From an uncultured Candidatus Binatia bacterium (GTDB taxonomy: Bacteria > Desulfobacterota > Binatia > UBA9968 > JAJDTQ01), in NCBI GenBank assembly GCA_965221155.1, contig OZ244869.1, positions 4,519,790 through 4,583,789 of the forward strand: DNA of 64,000 nucleotides, written 5' to 3'. Position numbers and translations under genes: made by a program. Positions 46,137 to 55,020 of the stretch are shown in pieces. Position 1 is the stretch's first letter; every line of letters begins with the position of its first letter. The notes below the pieces were generated by a model. It was not told the DNA's origin and searched no databases. It was given only the letters and a program-made list of their open reading frames with translations.

Positions 46137-49100
46137 CGCCGATGACGAGAACGACGAAAGGATTGGCGGCGGCGGTGGAGGCCTATCTCGCCGATCTCAG
46201 GCGCGTGCGCGCGTCGGGCGGCGCCACCGGGGAGCGGTCGAGCTACGGCCCGTTGGTGAACCTGCTCAATGCGGTGGGCGCGACGCTCAAGCCCAAGGTG
46301 TTCTGTGTCGGCGAGTTGGCGGACCAGGGTGCGGGCCATCCCGACTTCGGCCTCTACGCGGCCAAGCAGTTGCAGAAGGGGAGACCCAGGGAAGGGCAGG
46401 CTCCCGAGCGCGGCGTTGTCGAGGTCAAGTCCGCCGGCGACGACGCGTGGCTGGTCGCGGACAGCGATCAGGTGAACCGCTACTGGGGCCGCTACCAACT
46501 GGTGCTGGTGACGAACACGCGCGACTTCGTGCTCGTCGGCCCGGACCCGGCCAGAGGCGGTGCGGTGCTCGAGTCTTTCCGTCTGGCCGACAGCGAGGCA
46601 GCGTTCGATCTTGCGCTGGAAAAGCCGCGCGCATTCGCCCGCGAAGTCGGCTCGGGCTTGGCTGAGTATCTCTGTCGCGCGTTGTCCCATCAAGCCGCTC
46701 TGACCGAGCCAAAGGACTTGGCTTGGCTGCTCGCGTCCTATGCCCGCGACGGCCTCTCACGTGTCGAGGCCGCGGGCAGCGCTCCGTCCCTCAACGCCGT
46801 TCGTTCGGCCCTTGAAGAGGCGCTCGGCGTGCGCTTCGAGGGGGAGAAGGGCGCGCGCTTCTTCCTGTCGACACTGGTGCAGACCCTCTTCTACGGCGTC
46901 TTCTCTGCCTGGGTGCTGTGGGCGCGGCAACTCCCGTCACCTGCCGGCAATTTCAACTGGCATGAAGCGGTCTGGCATCTGCGCGCGCCGGTGCTGCGGG
47001 CGCTGTTCCAGCAGCTTTCCGATCCCGGCCGGCTGCAACCCCTCGGCTTGGTCGAGGTGTTGGACTGGACCGCGGCCGCCCTCGACCGGGTGGACCGGCC
47101 TGCGTTCTTCGCCCGCTTCAACGAGGGCGAGGCGGTGCCGTACTTCTACGAGCCGTTCCTCGAAGCCTTCGACCCCGAGCTGCGGAAACAGTTGGGCGTC
47201 TGGTACACGCCAGCGGAGGTAGTTCGCTACATGGTCGCTCGCGTTGACAAGGCGTTGAAGGACGACCTGGGTGTTGCCGAGGGCCTCGCCGCGGAAAACG
47301 TCTACGTGCTCGACCCGTGCTGCGGCACCGGTGCGTATCTCGCAGAAGTGCTGCGCCGCATCGCCGGCAATCTCGAAGGACGGGGTCTCGGCGCCCTCGC
47401 GGGCGCGCGGGTGAAGCAGGCGGCCACGGAACGCGTGTTCGGGTTCGAGATCATGCCCGCACCCTTCGTCGTTGCGCATTTACAAGTCGGGCTCACCATG
47501 CAGGACCTCGACGCGCCGCTGGCGGATGACGAAAAGGAGCGCGCCGGTGTCTTTCTAACCAACGCGCTCACCGGCTGGGAGCCAAGGACGAACAAGCCCC
47601 TGCCGTTTCCCGAGCTCGAAGAAGAACGCGACCGCGCCGAGCGCGTGAAGCAGGAAACGCCCATCCTCGTAATCCTCGGCAACCCGCCCTACAACGGCTT
47701 CGCCGGCATGGCGGTGGACGAGGAGCGGGAGCTCTCGGGAGCCTATCGCAAGACGAAGCGCGTGCGCCGGCCCGAGGGCCAGGGCCTGAACGATCTCTAC
47801 GTCCGCTTTTTCCGCATGGCGGAACGGCGCATCGCCGAGAAGACCGGACGGGGTGTGGTCTGCTTCATCTCGAACTACTCCTGGCTTGACGGGCTGTCCT
47901 TCACGGGAATGCGGGAGCGATACCTTGAAGCGTTCGACGCGGTCCGCATCGACTGCCTGAACGGCGACAAGTATAAGACCGGAAAGGTGGCGCCTGACGG
48001 CTCGCCGGACCCGAGCGTCTTCTCGACGGAAGGCGACCCGGTGGGCATCCAGGTCGGTACCGCCATCACGACGCTGGTGCGCAAGGCCGACCACGCCCCG
48101 GCCGGGGAGATCGGCTTTCGCCATTTGTGGGGACAGACTAAGCCTGCAGAACTGATGGAATCGTCGGAAGCGGAGCCGGTGGCACTCTACGACGGCATCG
48201 AGCCGGTACTGCCGCTGGGTCTGCCGTTTGTGCAAACGGCCTTCAGCGAGGACTGGTTCGACTGGCCGGCGCTGCCCGACCTGTTTCCGGCTTCATTTCC
48301 AGGGATCGAGACTGCCCGCGACGGATTTCTCGTCGATACCGATCTCGACCGGCTCAGGACCCGCATCGCCGACTACTTCGACGCAGATTTGAGCCATGAG
48401 GACATCGCGCGACGTTATCCGGGAGCGATGAAGAACATATCGGGGTTCGATGCTCGTTCGGTACGTGAAATACGGCTTAAGCGAGGGGGCCCTGACGAGG
48501 CCGGCTTTGTCCGCCATGCCTACCGGCCGTTCGACAATCGGTGGCTCTACTGGGAAGCAGATGGCGGTTTGCTCAGGCGTCCGGTAGGTGACTACAGGCC
48601 GCATGTATTCGAAGGAAATCGGTGGCTTTCCAATGCCCAACACTTACGGAAAGGCGCGGCGGCACCGCAGGCATGCTTCACTCAACATATCGGCGGTCGG
48701 CATTTGATAGAGCGCGGTGCCAATTGGTTTCCTGCTTGGCTTCGTGGCGATGGCGTTGGAAAGACTGGCAACCGCGCGCGCCGTGCAAATCTTTCGGAGA
48801 CGGCACGACGCTACCTCAGACGTCTCGGTGTGGGCGTGGAGGACTTGTTCCATCACGTCCTCGCCATCCTTCACGATCCGGCTTACCGCGAGGCCAATGC
48901 CGGAGCACTCAGGATGGAATGGCCGCGCATCCCGCTTCCCGGCTGGCCGAGTGGCGGGGCCGAGGGCGCAGCGGAAGTGCTCGCCCGGTCGGCGGCGCGC
49001 GGTCACGAACTCGCCCGGCTACTCGATCCCGACACGCCCGTTCCGAGCGTGACCCAAGGGACCCTGCGCCCGGAGATCGCCAGCATCGCTGTACCTACCA

Positions 49101-49483
49101 CCGTCGATGGACACAACATGACTGGCGACGATTTCGCGCTGACCGCCGGATGGGGACATTACGGAACCGGCGACGCCGTAATGCCCGGCCAGGGCCGCAT
49201 CGTTGAGCGCGAGTACACGTCGGACGAACGCGCCGCGTTGGGGGAGGCGATATCCACGCTGGGCGCAAAGACCTTGGACGTGTATTTGAACGACCGTGCC
49301 TATTGGCGCAATGTCCCCGCCGTCGTCTGGAGCTACAAGCTCGGCGGTTATCAGGTGCTCAAGAAATGGCTGTCGTATCGTGAACGCGATGTCCTCGGGC
49401 GGGCGCTGTTACTGGGGGAAGTCCAGCACTTCACGGACACCGCGCGGCGGGTTGCCATGATAGCGGCTATGCCAAGAACCTAA
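46133..49483 (+). CDS. Single-polypeptide type IIG/IIL-like restriction-modification enzyme (N6-adenine MTase with type ISP-like C-terminal domain)
   Basis: MTase motif I VLDPCCGTGAYL and motif IV GNPPYNGFAG. The post-MTase region (ISNYSWLDGLSFTGMRERYL; long C-terminal domain) resembles type ISP/MmeI-class enzymes. The N-terminus has a PD...EVK pattern (P70-D71, E97-V98-K99). No helicase motifs. Confidence 0.75.
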   Translation: MTPMTRTTKGLAAAVEAYLADLRRVRASGGATGERSSYGPLVNLLNAVGATLKPKVFCVGELADQGAGHPDFGLYAAKQLQKGRPREGQAPERGVVEVKSAGDDAWLVADSDQVNRYWGRYQLVLVTNTRDFVLVGPDPARGGAVLESFRLADSEAAFDLALEKPRAFAREVGSGLAEYLCRALSHQAALTEPKDLAWLLASYARDGLSRVEAAGSAPSLNAVRSALEEALGVRFEGEKGARFFLSTLVQTLFYGVFSAWVLWARQLPSPAGNFNWHEAVWHLRAPVLRALFQQLSDPGRLQPLGLVEVLDWTAAALDRVDRPAFFARFNEGEAVPYFYEPFLEAFDPELRKQLGVWYTPAEVVRYMVARVDKALKDDLGVAEGLAAENVYVLDPCCGTGAYLAEVLRRIAGNLEGRGLGALAGARVKQAATERVFGFEIMPAPFVVAHLQVGLTMQDLDAPLADDEKERAGVFLTNALTGWEPRTNKPLPFPELEEERDRAERVKQETPILVILGNPPYNGFAGMAVDEERELSGAYRKTKRVRRPEGQGLNDLYVRFFRMAERRIAEKTGRGVVCFISNYSWLDGLSFTGMRERYLEAFDAVRIDCLNGDKYKTGKVAPDGSPDPSVFSTEGDPVGIQVGTAITTLVRKADHAPAGEIGFRHLWGQTKPAELMESSEAEPVALYDGIEPVLPLGLPFVQTAFSEDWFDWPALPDLFPASFPGIETARDGFLVDTDLDRLRTRIADYFDADLSHEDIARRYPGAMKNISGFDARSVREIRLKRGGPDEAGFVRHAYRPFDNRWLYWEADGGLLRRPVGDYRPHVFEGNRWLSNAQHLRKGAAAPQACFTQHIGGRHLIERGANWFPAWLRGDGVGKTGNRARRANLSETARRYLRRLGVGVEDLFHHVLAILHDPAYREANAGALRMEWPRIPLPGWPSGGAEGAAEVLARSAARGHELARLLDPDTPVPSVTQGTLRPEIASIAVPTTVDGHNMTGDDFALTAGWGHYGTGDAVMPGQGRIVEREYTSDERAALGEAISTLGAKTLDVYLNDRAYWRNVPAVVWSYKLGGYQVLKKWLSYRERDVLGRALLLGEVQHFTDTARRVAMIAAMPRT

Positions 49484-49580
49484 GAGTTTCAGCTTGCATT
49501 ACCTCGGAGATTGAGACCCTGCGTCAACAGTTGTGGGATATTCGCGCTAGTTGGGGTTGGTTCTCAGGAAACACCCAATA

Positions 49581-52500
49581 ATGAACGCTGACGACTTTTT
49601 CAATGCGGGTACTACCGCGGACATTCTCCCGAAGGGCGACGCTGCGCGTCAAGCAGTCGATTCTCTGCGAGGCTATGCGTATCAGGCATTGGCGGCGGCC
49701 CTTGCATGGCTCGATATCAACGAAAAGGATCGGCTTTTTCTGGAAGTCGCTGAAGACTATGCGATTATAGCGAAGCAGGCACTTCAAGCTGTTCAAGTCA
49801 AAGACACAGAAGGATCCGGATCGGTCACCTTGAATAGCCCAAGCGTCCACAAGGCGATCGCTGCGTTTGTCGATCTTGCCGAGCGAAATCCCGACATTCA
49901 GGTTTCCCTCCGTTTCTTCACGACATCGAAGATGGGAATCGAGCAAGCTATTGCCGATCGCCCGGCGGGGATGGCTGGATTGGAGTATTGGCGAAAAGTC
50001 GCCGGTGGAGCGGACCCGTCACCCCTCCGCACAATATTGGAGAGCGACAGATTCCCGGAATCTGTAAGAACCTTCTCCAAGGTTCGCGAGGACGCGGCGC
50101 TCCGTAGCGACCTCATTCTGAGGATACATTGGGACTGCGGTAAGCGGGACTTCTCGACGCTTCGCCAAGAACTTGAGGAGCGGCTGGTCGTCGTAGGCCG
50201 TGACCGATTCCATCTTCCAGCTCCAGAGGCGCGGCGGCTTGCCGATCCCTTGGTCTATCGGGTGCTTAAGAAAAGTATCCTAAATGCCCCTCAGGATCGT
50301 GTTCTTACACGCGCTGACCTGTACGAGGCGATCGATGCGGCGACCCTAACTTCAGTGCCGAGCGCTACTGTAGAGGGTCTCGCCCGACTTGCCGCGGGCT
50401 TGACGGGATCGTTTGGCGGAGGTCTGGATCCAGGCAATCCTCTCTCCGTTACGGAAACAGACTGGCTCATTGACGGTACCACGCTTCCCGTCCCGCAGGG
50501 GATGCTCGTCCGGGACGCCGTCGAGTCCACGGTGACTGACGCTCTCAGGACTTTCGGAGCAAGCATGCTCGTAGGCAGCAGCGGTCTTGGCAAGACCACC
50601 GTGTCACGGGCCGTCGCCGTCGCGCAGGCCGGTGCATTCTTCGTGTTGGACTTTCGGAATGCTGACGCGGACGAAACACGTCGCCGGCTGGACATGGTTC
50701 TTGGCCGAATTGGAGGTCTACCCTCTTCGGTACTGATCCTGGACGACCTGAACCATTTTGACGACACGCGTGTTACGTTGTCGTTGGCGCGTGTCATTGA
50801 AGCTTCACGTCGGCGCGACCGCGAGGTGCTCGTAACGTGCTACCGGAAACCCTCCTTGAAGGCGCTGGCTGAGGTCGGCTTCGATCAAGGTTGCGTCGTG
50901 GTTTGCCCATATTTCTCGAAGGATGAAGTCCGTGCGCTTGTCCTTAACAACAACGGGGATCCGGATGAATGGTCGCCTCTCGCATACCTGGCAGGAGCTG
51001 GCGGTCATCCCCAGCTTACACATGCTTTCGTAACAGGGATCGCGGCGCGTGGATGGCCCGTCAAGGAGATTGAAGACATCCTCAGTTGCGGTCTGTCGTC
51101 CGGTGACATTGATGCGGCCCGCGATGCAGCACGGCGCCATTTGATGTCCGCGCTTCCCGAACAAACGCGTAACCTTCTCTATCGACTCAGTCTTATAATC
51201 GGCCGCTTCAATCGGTCACTAGCGTTAGCGATTGGCGGGATTCCTCCGCCCGTATCCCAAACTGGTGAATGCATGGACCGCCTAGTCGGGCCATGGATCG
51301 AAGCTGCCGGCAGGGATCAATTCCGAGTCTCACCACTGGCGAGAAGTTTTGGGCCTGAGATGCTGCCCTCTGATGAGCAAAAGCGCATCCATGAGACCAT
51401 CGCAGTGCAGATGCTTGGAACGGGCAAGATCGATGCGAGCGATGTCGACACCATCATATTGCATGCAATCAAAGGTAAATCGCCGCAAAGCCTAGCCGTG
51501 CTTGGGCTTAGTGTGCTGTCGGCCGATGCTCGCGTAGTCGAGTCGCTCGCAGAACACCTCTCGCTCTTCCGCATTCTCCCAACCAATGGATCTATCTACG
51601 CCGAGGACTCTTTAGCGTCCGCGATACTTCGGCTCATGCAGTTCAAACTGGCCGCTGTGGCAGGTGAAGGAAGCAAGATTTCTGACATTGCAGTAGCACT
51701 TTTCAGTGAGATTGACGCCTTGCCGGAAGGTGAAATGAAGCGTGCTATTGAAGTGATGGCGATAGTCACTGTGCTCGGCACGATGGGGGTCGCAAATTAT
51801 CTCAACAATTGGGTTGGCCTTTTAGTTCGTCTGAAAACCATGGTTGAGACCGACAAGGACTTGCAAGTTGTTGCTGCGAGTCTCCAAGGTTCGGACGATG
51901 CGGGTGGCTCGAACCTCTTTGCTATGCTCCTTGCTATCGGAAGCGCCAATGTCGCATCTGTAGAGCGGCTTGAGCAACTCGTAGACGAACTCGATGAGCT
52001 GGACGCGAACGAGCGAGTACTTTGGCTAAAACCGCTAGAAAAAGATTCTTCCGACTACGCCGTGTTCATCAATGGCCCTTGGGCTACGCAGAGTCGCAGT
52101 GACACTTTCGACCCAGCAGACTCCGCAGTGCGCTACAAACGAATGGCGGAGAAGACGCGGTGTTGGGGCATTCGCGCCCTTTCGCTTCAGTGTTCTGTGG
52201 CTCAGGCGGCCATGTTGGATGAGTATCAGAACAACAAAGAGGGTGCACTAGCGGTCCTCAAGGAAGCGGTATCCGTCCAGGGAGCGGATGTCATCCTCGA
52301 TCGCGCCATAGCCAAAGTTCACTGGCGTCATGGCGAACATAGGACAGCCCTCAACATCCTGCGTGGCATCGCCGATCAGGTTGGTAGGGACAGTCCTGTT
52401 GAGCGTGCTTTCGCGCTACGTGAGGCGGCGATCAGCGCGGCGAAATGCGACGACTGGTCGCAAGCGGAGAAATGGTTTCTTGACGCACAAAGCGCCGCCA

Positions 52501-53675
52501 AATCAGTTCAACTCAATAGCATGGAGGTAATGGCTATTGGCCTGGGAGCCGATTCGGCTGTGGCTGCTCTTGAGGCTGAGGATGTGGACTCGGCGCTGAG
52601 GCGACTTGCGGAAGCGGTAGAGGCGCTGGCGGATGTCGACCCCAAGGCTACGCTGAGCGCGGCATACTGCCATCGTGTCATTCGCCATACTGTCCTATGG
52701 TCGCAATCCCGCATCGTGGGAAGCGACGTCAAAATCGGCGGACGGCCAATCGGAATGGAGGCAGGGACCTGCAGCAATCCGGACCCGTTGCCAGCAGTCA
52801 AGGAGCTTCCACTCGAACACATTGATATTACTTGGTACATGCTGGCCGTGGCGGAGACCGCAGCCGGCGTCGACGTGGGAATCACGACGGGACTCGAAGG
52901 TCGCCTGGCGGAAGGTCCAATTCCGGCAATGGAGTTCGAATTGCATACCCAAGCGATACAGCAGGATATCGGTAGCCTCGATTCCGTCGGATTTACAGAT
53001 CACTTTACGGCGTATGTCGGGTCCGCCGACTACATGTTAAAGGAGGTTGGCCGACTCCGGACAACTTTCGATCCGGTGGTACCGGAAAGAAGGCAGAAGC
53101 CCGTTCCTGACGAAAAGGCGCCATTTGGTCCTCGGGTGGAACAGGTGGCAAAAGAAACCATTCTAGCCTATGGGATCATCGCCGCGTTGGCAGACCAACA
53201 TGATGCGATGACGCAACTTGAAGCCGCCATGCATAGTCGATTGACAAAGCCGTTTCCCGGGAAACCCGTATTCGACCATTGGAACGGAGAGTCGAGTTTG
53301 CTCGCAGAATTGGACCACATTGTTGTAGACATCATCAAGGCGCTTCTCCGAAACGAGCATCTCAAACCTGATGAGTTCTGGATGGCGGGGTTCCGCCTTT
53401 TTGAGTGGATCAACCTATCCAATTTTAAGCTTCTTCTCATGAAGCGCCTCGCCGCGTGGCAGAGATCCGGATGGGAGCGAATATCCACTGAAGAATCATT
53501 CCGTCTTTCCAGACCGCGTCAGAGTTTGCCTCCCATTGAGGAAGTTCTAAGGATACCCGCAAATGATCGGAGGTTCGTCGCGAAGCTTCTCCTAGCAAGT
53601 TCCGAGGCAGTCGGCGCCCCTCTTGGGTCGGCATCTCGGGATGTCCTTAAGGCTGTGGCAGAAGGAGCAGAATGA
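49581..53675 (+). CDS. Cap4/DUF4297-like nuclease - P-loop (STAND-like) NTPase - helical-repeat protein, 1364 aa
   Basis: GYAYQ (aa 31-35), LFLEVAED (52-59), QVK (72-74). Walker A LVGSSGLGKT (330-339) and Walker B VLILDD (384-389). About 800 aa of Ala/Leu-rich helical sequence follow. A hand count of 49801-49900 gives 54 G+C per 100 nt. The start is ATG 49581 or GTG 49551. Confidence 0.7.
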   Translation: MNADDFFNAGTTADILPKGDAARQAVDSLRGYAYQALAAALAWLDINEKDRLFLEVAEDYAIIAKQALQAVQVKDTEGSGSVTLNSPSVHKAIAAFVDLAERNPDIQVSLRFFTTSKMGIEQAIADRPAGMAGLEYWRKVAGGADPSPLRTILESDRFPESVRTFSKVREDAALRSDLILRIHWDCGKRDFSTLRQELEERLVVVGRDRFHLPAPEARRLADPLVYRVLKKSILNAPQDRVLTRADLYEAIDAATLTSVPSATVEGLARLAAGLTGSFGGGLDPGNPLSVTETDWLIDGTTLPVPQGMLVRDAVESTVTDALRTFGASMLVGSSGLGKTTVSRAVAVAQAGAFFVLDFRNADADETRRRLDMVLGRIGGLPSSVLILDDLNHFDDTRVTLSLARVIEASRRRDREVLVTCYRKPSLKALAEVGFDQGCVVVCPYFSKDEVRALVLNNNGDPDEWSPLAYLAGAGGHPQLTHAFVTGIAARGWPVKEIEDILSCGLSSGDIDAARDAARRHLMSALPEQTRNLLYRLSLIIGRFNRSLALAIGGIPPPVSQTGECMDRLVGPWIEAAGRDQFRVSPLARSFGPEMLPSDEQKRIHETIAVQMLGTGKIDASDVDTIILHAIKGKSPQSLAVLGLSVLSADARVVESLAEHLSLFRILPTNGSIYAEDSLASAILRLMQFKLAAVAGEGSKISDIAVALFSEIDALPEGEMKRAIEVMAIVTVLGTMGVANYLNNWVGLLVRLKTMVETDKDLQVVAASLQGSDDAGGSNLFAMLLAIGSANVASVERLEQLVDELDELDANERVLWLKPLEKDSSDYAVFINGPWATQSRSDTFDPADSAVRYKRMAEKTRCWGIRALSLQCSVAQAAMLDEYQNNKEGALAVLKEAVSVQGADVILDRAIAKVHWRHGEHRTALNILRGIADQVGRDSPVERAFALREAAISAAKCDDWSQAEKWFLDAQSAAKSVQLNSMEVMAIGLGADSAVAALEAEDVDSALRRLAEAVEALADVDPKATLSAAYCHRVIRHTVLWSQSRIVGSDVKIGGRPIGMEAGTCSNPDPLPAVKELPLEHIDITWYMLAVAETAAGVDVGITTGLEGRLAEGPIPAMEFELHTQAIQQDIGSLDSVGFTDHFTAYVGSADYMLKEVGRLRTTFDPVVPERRQKPVPDEKAPFGPRVEQVAKETILAYGIIAALADQHDAMTQLEAAMHSRLTKPFPGKPVFDHWNGESSLLAELDHIVVDIIKALLRNEHLKPDEFWMAGFRLFEWINLSNFKLLLMKRLAAWQRSGWERISTEESFRLSRPRQSLPPIEEVLRIPANDRRFVAKLLLASSEAVGAPLGSASRDVLKAVAEGAE

Positions 53676-53833
53676 CTTCAAGTGCCGCATAGTTTCAGAT
53701 ACTCTACCATCTCGATCTGGGTCTAACGGAAACTGGAGTAGCAGAAACTCCCTCTGCGGGGAGCTCTCGCCGGAGTTGATACAGATTTCATAGCCGCCAA
53801 TAGGATGCCAGGACGGCAGTAAGGAGCAGGGAT

Positions 53834-54949
53834 ATGGCCAGGAACGGTTACCAGGTATTCGACAGCGACATGCACGTCTACGACGCGCAGAATCTCTATG
53901 AGAAGTACATGAACCCCAAGTGGGGGGAGCGGATTCCCGTCGGCAGCGCCCGCAGCAAGCACGGGCGCATCGTGTTCAGCTTGGGCAACGGCACCGTGAT
54001 GCGGCCGCGGGAGAAGCTGCTGGAGCACGGCGAGGACAAGGTGGCGGACCGTTACGGCTACGCGCTGGAGCACGGCTACGACGCACCGTCCCAGGTAGTG
54101 GCCATGGACAACGAAGGGTTGGACGTGGCGGTGATGTTCCGCACCTCTCCGCTGCACTGCGACGACAGCTTCGAGGCGGAATACGCCAACGACCTGTGCC
54201 GGGCGTGGAACGATTGGATCGCGGCCTTCTGCGGCGAGCGGCCGGAGCGCATGAAGGCGTCGGGGCTGTTGACGCTGCACGATGTGGATATGGCCGTGGA
54301 CGAGGCGCGGAGAGCGGTGACGGAACTGGGCGTGGTAGGCCTTTCGGTTTGCCCGGAGCCTGTCAACGGCCGGCGCATCCACGACCGTTACTACGACCCC
54401 CTGTGGGCCGAGATCGACCGGCTGAAGGTGCCGCTGTGCTTTCATCCGCCGGCAAATCCCAAGCAGCAGCAGGTGGCGCGGGAGTTCTACGGCCATCCCA
54501 ACTCCAGCGTGATTGCCATGGCGCTGCGCAACCCCATCGAGCTTCAACTGGCGGTGTCCGCCTTCTGTGGCGGGGGCGTGCTGGAGAAGTTCCCGACCCT
54601 GAAGGTGGCGTTTCTCGAAGGGAACTGCGCGTGGTTGCCTTGGCTGTTGTACCGGCTGGACGAAAGGGCCGAGCTCCACGGCGCCCTCACCGACGTCCCG
54701 CTGTCCCGGAAGCCCAGCGAGTACTTCCTTGACCAGTGCTACATCTCCGTGGACGTGGACGAGTATCTGGTCACCGACGTCGTCGGGCGTCTGGGAGACG
54801 ACAACATCGTCATCTCCACGGACTACCCGCACATCGACGCGCACTACCCGCACGCGGTGGAGGAGTTCATGGAGACCCCAGGCCTGAGCAACAGTTCCCT
54901 CAAGAAAATCCTCTGGGACAACTGCGCGAGGCTCTACGGCGTGAGTTGA
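53834..54949 (+). CDS. Amidohydrolase_2 family protein
   Basis: FDSDMHVYD ... STDYPHIDAHYPH ... WDNCARLYGVS. Confidence 0.8.
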   Translation: MARNGYQVFDSDMHVYDAQNLYEKYMNPKWGERIPVGSARSKHGRIVFSLGNGTVMRPREKLLEHGEDKVADRYGYALEHGYDAPSQVVAMDNEGLDVAVMFRTSPLHCDDSFEAEYANDLCRAWNDWIAAFCGERPERMKASGLLTLHDVDMAVDEARRAVTELGVVGLSVCPEPVNGRRIHDRYYDPLWAEIDRLKVPLCFHPPANPKQQQVAREFYGHPNSSVIAMALRNPIELQLAVSAFCGGGVLEKFPTLKVAFLEGNCAWLPWLLYRLDERAELHGALTDVPLSRKPSEYFLDQCYISVDVDEYLVTDVVGRLGDDNIVISTDYPHIDAHYPHAVEEFMETPGLSNSSLKKILWDNCARLYGVS

Positions 54950-55020
54950 CGGCCTCGCGCGGCCTGCGCCCAAATAGGGAGGGGATTGCGGTTGATTTCG
55001 AGTGCGCTTCGGTAAGACGC

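Noticed and set aside
46133-53675. Classifying the locus as BREX (PglX-like MTase) or as a type ISP RM system
   Set aside because: No BrxA/BrxB/BrxC/PglZ/BrxL genes are present, and neither protein has SF2 helicase motifs. The resemblance is limited to the MTase/TRD body.
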